Virus record (IMG/VR): IMGVR_UViG_3300028887_000070
Location: 64,001-128,000 of that record
DNA: 64,000 bases
Source of the DNA: a virus
Lineage: Duplodnaviria > Caudoviricetes
Reading direction: 5' to 3' (one strand)
The position numbers and the translations under genes are program-made. The notes below the pieces were generated by a model. It did no database searches. It saw only the letters and a program-made list of their open reading frames with translations, and had not been told where the DNA came from. Shown here one piece after another: positions 58,210 through 64,000 of the stretch. Position 1 is the first letter of the stretch. Each line of letters starts with the position of its first letter.

Positions 58210-59088
58210 TTACTTACTGCACCAGTCCATGATAGCGTTCTGTACATACTGCTCAAGGTTAACGATAACCTTCTTACCGTCTTTAGTTGCAAGAGCAACT
58301 CTCTTACCGCCATCAACGATGATAGCAGACTCATACAGAGTCTCGAATGTATCAACGATGAACTTAACGTTAGCAGACTCTTCTTTGATGAAATCACATA
58401 CCTGCTGGTTCATGATAGGAGTGAGTATACCATCAGTAGCAGCAGCTTCTGTGATCATAGCCTTTCTGTGAAGTTCATTGTCTACGAGAGGCTTTCCGTT
58501 TATACCTACTATAGCAGACTCATTGATAGTCTTGTTCTTATCCTTAGGATCGATGAGATGACTTGTATAAGCTCTCTTATGAGACGGGAAGATAACGTGG
58601 TCCCAAGTGATGATTCTGATGTTTCTTACGTGACATCTACCATCCTTAGAGCGATCTACACTACCCAATGCTCTGAGTGAGAATGCAGGCTTGCATCCAT
58701 CAATGAGATCCTGGTTAAACATAGCACCAAGTTCATTGTTAGTTCCATGGAAGTTACCATGGATATCCTTACCATCTCTCCATACCTTGTCGAACTGTAC
58801 GCAGACAAGCTTAGGATCGATTACACTCTGTATAGAGAGTTCATTGCTAGAAGGATGTCCTGCATGACCTCTAAGGTATCCTGCCTTAATGAGTTCCTGA
58901 AGACGCTCACCGTTCAGCTCAGGATCCATTTCCTTAGTTTCGTAGATACGACCATTTCTGTTCTCTATCTCAAGGTCCTGCAGTATACCAGTAGCATATA
59001 CTCTGCCACCTTCCTGTGAGATGACTACAGAATCTGATTCAGTGACTGACTCGTTGATAATCATACCAACACATACATCTTTGTTCAT
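58210..59088 (-). CDS. prohead core protease (T4 gp21-like)
   Basis: GILQ..ENRNGRIY, GHAGHP, FSLRALGS, TWDHVIFPSH. Confidence 0.85.
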   Translation of the reverse strand: MNKDVCVGMIINESVTESDSVVISQEGGRVYATGILQDLEIENRNGRIYETKEMDPELNGERLQELIKAGYLRGHAGHPSSNELSIQSVIDPKLVCVQFDKVWRDGKDIHGNFHGTNNELGAMFNQDLIDGCKPAFSLRALGSVDRSKDGRCHVRNIRIITWDHVIFPSHKRAYTSHLIDPKDKNKTINESAIVGINGKPLVDNELHRKAMITEAAATDGILTPIMNQQVCDFIKEESANVKFIVDTFETLYESAIIVDGGKRVALATKDGKKVIVNLEQYVQNAIMDWCSK

Positions 59089-59255
59089 AGGGTTTACCTC
59101 CTTTGAGTGATATTGTTACTAAGATGTTTGAGAAGAACCATTCAGAAGGGTTTCTATAGTAATATCTATAAACGAACCCGTTTGGGAGGATTACAGAATA
59201 CACTTTTACACAAGCAGAACATAATAGTAATCTCCTCTAGAAAGGAGTTGGTGGC

Positions 59256-59453
59256 TTGAGTAAGCCAATAAAGAGCCATTACGAAAGAGGAAGCTTCTTA
59301 GAGCATCTTGCTTCAATGACACCAAGCGAGATCAATGAGTTCCTTAGGACTAATGGTAAAAGTAAACCAGTCAACCCATTTATAAGAATCGATCCTAGAG
59401 ATAGGTTCGATCAAACTACAACCAAACAGGAGGACAAAGACTATGGCAACTAA
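59256..59453 (+). CDS. small hypothetical protein
   Basis: 65 aa, TTG start with RBS AAAGGAG, late promoter 59218-59229. Confidence 0.55.
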   Translation: MSKPIKSHYERGSFLEHLASMTPSEINEFLRTNGKSKPVNPFIRIDPRDRFDQTTTKQEDKDYGN

Positions 59454-60015
59454 CAAGAATGCTACAGCCAACACAGAAGAGATGGGAGTTACAGCTCTCG
59501 TCAACGACATCAAGACTCATCTCACACAGAAGAGTGCTTCTACAAGAGATGAAGTAAGAGTAATGAAAGCAATGCTCAACGACACAAGCTTCAAGTATAC
59601 TGAGTACTCAAACAGCGGTGTTACACAGCATTGTCCTGCAACAGAATTCAGAGGAATGGTAGCAGGTATCGTATCAGCAACAACAAAAATGCCTAAGGCT
59701 GAGGCTGAGACACTCGTTAACAAGTATGAGGCTAAGAAGAGCGACGCTGAGACAATGGTAAAGCTCTCTAAGGACTTCATGAACACAGCTCTCAGAACAG
59801 GAAGAAGTGTAAACCTCGGCGGTACAGAGAAGAGCAATATCTCTATTCAGCTCAAGGACGTTGAGATGACAACTAAGAGATATCCCAAGAAGGTCGGCGT
59901 TAACCAGGATGGTTCTATCCGCTACGAGAACGCTGAGTCTATCGTACCTGCTCATGAAGGACTCAAGGTTAAGTCACCTTGCCCTGATTGGGTATCAGAC
60001 AAGAAGAAGAAGTAA
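59443..60015 (+). CDS. HU/IHF-like DNA-binding protein with N-terminal extension
   Basis: ALRTGRSVNLGG...KRYP...IVPAHEGLKVK follows the HU fold pattern. Confidence 0.6.
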   Translation: MATNKNATANTEEMGVTALVNDIKTHLTQKSASTRDEVRVMKAMLNDTSFKYTEYSNSGVTQHCPATEFRGMVAGIVSATTKMPKAEAETLVNKYEAKKSDAETMVKLSKDFMNTALRTGRSVNLGGTEKSNISIQLKDVEMTTKRYPKKVGVNQDGSIRYENAESIVPAHEGLKVKSPCPDWVSDKKKK

Positions 60016-60379
60016 TCTCATCTGAGATTACTCTTCACATACAATCTTTTCCATTCAATCAAGTGTATATGATGACCAACTGACAAGCAACACTGTACCC
60101 AGTCCAGGTAGGACAACGTTTTGGGAGATTTGTGTATATGAGAGCAGTACGCGCGTCAGTCTCATCTTACATGGACTAGCCTGTCATAATAACTATGGCG
60201 TTATCATTTCGTATAATATCCTAGCTCTATATAACATACTAGCTCCCGCCTACTGGGTTAAGTAGGAAACCACCAAAGAATACGCTCCCAATCGTATTCT
60301 TCCCTTCATTACAATAACTTCTAGCAATGTGTATGCAATCATTTCTATTTGGCAATCTAATACTAAACCCTATGATTTG

Positions 60380-60414
60380 GCCCACTGGGTGTTCCCCAGT
60401 GGGCATTCTTTTTG
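60380..60414 (+). terminator. intrinsic terminator
   Basis: GCCCACTGGG-tgttc-CCCAGTGGGC then ATTCTTTTT. Confidence 0.8.
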
Positions 60415-60418
60415 TCGC

Positions 60419-61231
60419 TTAGATATAGTCGTTAGTTACTACTGCAGACTCATCTACGTTCTTCATACGTCTCTTCATCAGGAAGTTGTATTCCTTGTTG
60501 AAGGTAGCAAGCCACTCATCGAGTTTGCTCTGAACGTGAGACTTGTCTGAAGCATCTCTTGCTTCCTTGGTTATATCGATGAGCTTTCTGAGAGTCTCAC
60601 TGACTGCAGTACAAGCTGTCTCATAGTCATATGTCTTCTCAGTCTCTACACCCATCTCAGGAACATACTTAGCAGCATTGCAGAAGTTATCAAGCTCACA
60701 AGCTTCATCCTCAAGAGCAAGCTCTGCTACTGTATCAGTGATGTACCATAACTTACCGACAAGATTGTCTGTCATTGAGTGTATAGTATCGAACTTCTTA
60801 CCAGCACACATGAGGTGTACATGCTCGAAGTTGTTTGTTGCAACGACGACTGCGTATGCAACTTTAGCGAGGAGTCCAGACTCCTGTGCACAGCACTCTC
60901 CTGAATCTGATGAAGACTCATCGTCTCCGAGATAATCATTAGAACTATAATCATCATCGGAATCGCTCCAATCGGAGTCATCCTCCGACGAATCCGAATC
61001 TTCTTCGTCGCCAAGGTAGTCATTACCTTCAATATCACTATCACTATCAGAAGAAGAATCATCATCCTCTTCCTCGGAATCAAGATCATCAAGGTAGTCA
61101 TTTCCATCGCTAGAAGAATCATCGTCGTCATCATCCTTCTCGTCTTCGTCCTTTTCATCGTCGAGCTCTTCATCTTCGTCGTCTTTCTTCTTCTTGAGCT
61201 CGTCGTCATCTTCTAAGAATACGTTAGGCAT
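60419..61231 (-). CDS. Dps/ferritin-like protein with ~110-aa D/E/S-rich N-terminus
   Basis: HVHLMCAGKKFDTIH...TDTVAELALE resembles the Dps ferroxidase signature; late promoter 61256-61267. Confidence 0.6.
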   Translation of the reverse strand: MPNVFLEDDDELKKKKDDEDEELDDEKDEDEKDDDDDDSSSDGNDYLDDLDSEEEDDDSSSDSDSDIEGNDYLGDEEDSDSSEDDSDWSDSDDDYSSNDYLGDDESSSDSGECCAQESGLLAKVAYAVVVATNNFEHVHLMCAGKKFDTIHSMTDNLVGKLWYITDTVAELALEDEACELDNFCNAAKYVPEMGVETEKTYDYETACTAVSETLRKLIDITKEARDASDKSHVQSKLDEWLATFNKEYNFLMKRRMKNVDESAVVTNDYI

Positions 61232-61266
61232 AACGTGTTCCTCCTTTCAATAATTTATTATAAGGT

Positions 61267-62583
61267 TCACTTGATCTTGGTGTTCTTAATGTAGGTCTGC
61301 TGAACATCCTTCTCTGTATCGAACTCTTTGCTTCTGATGAGATATTTTGGATCTCCTCCACAAGCATGATACAGGAATGAATGTATGAAGTTCTGTACTA
61401 TTGCAGGGTTCTCGATCTTCTTACCATTCTCAAGAATCTCTTCTATAGTATCCTCAGTCTCCTTGATATCTCCCTTCAACTGTTTCTTGAGCTTAGGAGA
61501 TATACCAGGTTGATTAAGGTCTTCGTTAAGACCATCAAGAATGTTCTTGTAACGCACTTGAGTTGCTGGATGTTCATTGAACACTTCTGAGATCCACTGA
61601 AGAGGTAATGAAGATATAGTCTGGATGTGAGAGTATATCGGAATCCTCATAACGTATCCTCTCAAACCAGAGTCAGTTCTAGGATCCTCAAACTTAGACA
61701 ATCCAGTAACAAGATCTTTACCAAATCCATAGTATGAAGCAAACTTGTCTGCCATGATCTCTCCATAGTATGAATGTCTCTTCTCAAATGGAGCTGTTAT
61801 GAGTTTGATGAATTCTCTCTTCAACCTCTTCAGAGCTCTCTTACCTATATTGATAGGTGGTAAGAAGATGCATAGTATATCAAGACCAAGATTAAGAGTG
61901 TTAGAGTAGATACCATACAGAGTGTTAGCTGTAGATATGAGGCTATTCTTCTGTCCTATGTTCATCTCATTGTATGACTTAGATACAGCACCCATCATCT
62001 TGTCATTGAACAGCGGATACATCAAAGGCTCATAGTTGCCTAGAGATAAATCTATTCCAGCAAGCACAAGTCTGTTCAACTTAGCTACTTGTCCTATAGT
62101 ATGCATCCTGTCAGAGATAACGTCTTGGAAGTTATGACCTATCTCATGGAGTATGATAGCGAAAGCCTCTCTATTACTGAACTCTGTACTGAAGAACATA
62201 CCTGCAAACATACAGGTCAGCATAGATACTTGACACTCTTTCTTGAACTTATAGCCGTCCTTACCAAATTCTACTCTCTGAGTACCCTTAAGTGAGCTGT
62301 TGAAGTTGAAGAAGGTTGGGAAAGTGAAAGCATTCACCATATCTCCATTGACTATGATGAATGAGTAAGAGTAAAGACCGAACTCCCTCTCTATCTCTGC
62401 TACGAACTTACCCAACATAGGGTCACGTTCAGCAGCACTGTTCATCATATAGAGCTTTCTGTCCATAAGATACTTACTTCTCCATGTAGAGAAAGCTTCA
62501 AAGCATCTCATGATACCAGGAGTCTCTCCGAAGTATACTTCGTTAAGTACTTCGTCTCTTGGTTGTATTGAATATATACCCAC
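61267..62583 (-). CDS. zinc metalloprotease (M48-like HEXXH), probably virion-associated
   Basis: VNAFT, AIILHEIGHNF, EIMADKFA..GFG, EHP...R. Confidence 0.75.
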   Translation of the reverse strand: MGIYSIQPRDEVLNEVYFGETPGIMRCFEAFSTWRSKYLMDRKLYMMNSAAERDPMLGKFVAEIEREFGLYSYSFIIVNGDMVNAFTFPTFFNFNSSLKGTQRVEFGKDGYKFKKECQVSMLTCMFAGMFFSTEFSNREAFAIILHEIGHNFQDVISDRMHTIGQVAKLNRLVLAGIDLSLGNYEPLMYPLFNDKMMGAVSKSYNEMNIGQKNSLISTANTLYGIYSNTLNLGLDILCIFLPPINIGKRALKRLKREFIKLITAPFEKRHSYYGEIMADKFASYYGFGKDLVTGLSKFEDPRTDSGLRGYVMRIPIYSHIQTISSLPLQWISEVFNEHPATQVRYKNILDGLNEDLNQPGISPKLKKQLKGDIKETEDTIEEILENGKKIENPAIVQNFIHSFLYHACGGDPKYLIRSKEFDTEKDVQQTYIKNTKIK

Positions 62584-62594
62584 TAGAGTTCACC

Positions 62595-63779
62595 TCACTT
62601 GTTTGCAGAGTTTATGATCAGAGCGAAGTATGTAAGAATTGCTCTGTTGTACGAGAGTTGTGTAGCCTTACGGCTCTTACGTCTAGAGTATGCAGTAGAG
62701 TTACTCATAAGCAGCTCTTCTACTACTTCTCCTTGACGAAGAATGTCTTTGTTCTTAGTGTTTGGCTTAGCCTTGATAGAGAATGTAATGAAGTCGATGT
62801 CTCTTACATCCTTAGTACTACTACTCTGGAAGTATGTAGATACCATGAGGTAGAGAAGTTCTCTCATCAGATCGAGGTTATCAGTGTTCTTTACGATACT
62901 CTCAATGATAGAACGTATTTCATCAGTCTTAACGTTCTCATCACTACACATCTTACATAGACGGTAGTCTACATCATGGGAAGTGATGTAGGTAAGTGTT
63001 CTATTGACAGCAGTGTCTATCTTAGTAGAGTCATTCTGAGTGAGACGGAAGTTATCTTGACTCATATCGTCAGACTCATATGTGAGATAGTCCTTGTCAT
63101 TGTAGCACTTGTAGTACACTTCGGCAGTGTTCTTGATGAAGGATTTGATACGAACGTGGAGTTGTTGTATGATATAGACATAGTCTTCGTCATCAGTCAC
63201 TCCAGTGAATCTATCCTTATAGGTGTCGATCCATGTCTGAGTAGTGTTTCGCATAACACCAATAACGTTTCCTTCTGTCTTCAGAAGGAACTTGTCAGAG
63301 AGTTCATTGTTCACCACATAGTCACATACGAATCTGTAGTCTGCAGGAACAGCCTTAGGGTACTGTGCATAGTGTATAGAGGGGTAGAACTTACCTGTGA
63401 AGCAAGTATAGATCATAGCAAGCTCAAGATTCTTCTGATCTCTCTTAGAGTAGAAGTACTTGATCATGCACATACAAAGCACTGTAACAGGATCCTTAGC
63501 AGCTCTAGGATTGAAGTTGGCTATCTTTCCGTAGTAGGTTTCGTTGATGAATCCTTGTATCTCGTTAGCCTTAACTCCAAGAGCAGAACATAACATATCA
63601 GCATCTTGTTGTCCATAGAGCATACGAGTAGCAGGGAAAGTATCATATAGTCCCTTAGATCGAGTAGACATAAAGTTCGACATCAGAGACTTAAACTTAG
63701 TAAGCGATTTGGATAGTGTGTTCTTAACCAAGGGATAGATCTTAGCGTCTATAACTTTAGTGATCTGATTGTTAGCCAT
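62595..63779 (-). CDS. probable virion protein
   Basis: 394 aa, late promoter 63803-63814, head-gene neighbourhood. Confidence 0.5.
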   Translation of the reverse strand: MANNQITKVIDAKIYPLVKNTLSKSLTKFKSLMSNFMSTRSKGLYDTFPATRMLYGQQDADMLCSALGVKANEIQGFINETYYGKIANFNPRAAKDPVTVLCMCMIKYFYSKRDQKNLELAMIYTCFTGKFYPSIHYAQYPKAVPADYRFVCDYVVNNELSDKFLLKTEGNVIGVMRNTTQTWIDTYKDRFTGVTDDEDYVYIIQQLHVRIKSFIKNTAEVYYKCYNDKDYLTYESDDMSQDNFRLTQNDSTKIDTAVNRTLTYITSHDVDYRLCKMCSDENVKTDEIRSIIESIVKNTDNLDLMRELLYLMVSTYFQSSSTKDVRDIDFITFSIKAKPNTKNKDILRQGEVVEELLMSNSTAYSRRKSRKATQLSYNRAILTYFALIINSANK

Positions 63780-63952
63780 TGTTGCACCTCCTTATGTATG
63801 ATTATAGTGATGTTTCCGACAAAAAAGAACCCACGATGCGTAAAATGGGTTGGGCTTATGCCCTACAACCACTTACACTACAAGAATATATAGTCGAATC
63901 TTCTTACTTTAACAATCCTATAATACACTAGATCGAAGGAGGATCATAGACT

Positions 63953-64000
63953 ATGAACGCTAATCGTAAGAAAGCCGAGATGCTTATCTACAAAGCCTTT
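63953..64000 (+). CDS. start of a late gene truncated by the window edge (MNANRKKAEMLIYKAF...)
   Basis: Late promoter 63911-63922, RBS AAGGAGG, open to the end. Confidence 0.6.
   Translation, partial: MNANRKKAEMLIYKAF

Noticed and set aside
60329-60550. 73-aa plus-strand ORF
   Set aside because: No RBS; crosses a terminator and overlaps the Dps-like gene antisense
1-64000. Stop-codon reassignment, introns/inteins, diversity-generating retroelement
   Set aside because: TAA, TAG and TGA all end genes normally; conserved enzymes look uninterrupted; no reverse transcriptase or template/variable repeat pair seen

Overview
A 64-kb segment of a jumbo bacteriophage genome in the phiKZ-related lineage of Firmicutes phages (AR9/PBS1-like), read with genetic code 11. 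It encodes two subunits of a split multisubunit RNA polymerase beta' (one with the NADFDGD catalytic motif), type II topoisomerase B and A subunits, DnaB-like and RecD/Dda-like helicases, SbcD/Mre11, PD-(D/E)XK and MYG1-type nucleases, a T4 gp21-type prohead protease, baseplate and tail proteins, a GH25 endolysin, a GAF-domain holin candidate and an HU-like protein. Strong GGAGG ribosome-binding sites, BspA-type LRR modules and a Thr-rich linker suggest a Clostridia host (inference). Two promoter classes can be read from the sequence: 25 copies of AAC(A/T/C/G)-N5-R-T(A/G), matching the AR9 nvRNAP late promoter, and about 11 copies of a TRYATAYTAT-like motif. Using this grammar exposes transcription units with no ORF: a 101-nt end-paired RNA at 44011-44111, a ~200-nt RNA at 23100-23305 (-), and weaker candidates at 60016-60410 and 63821-63890. 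Other highlights are a duplicated [HTH, HTH, ~600-aa protein] module at 318-5477, a perfect 28-bp AT-rich palindrome upstream of the helicase, an orphan MazF-like protein and a minimal PolB-like protein. All protein calls are from motif recognition by eye; no searches were run.
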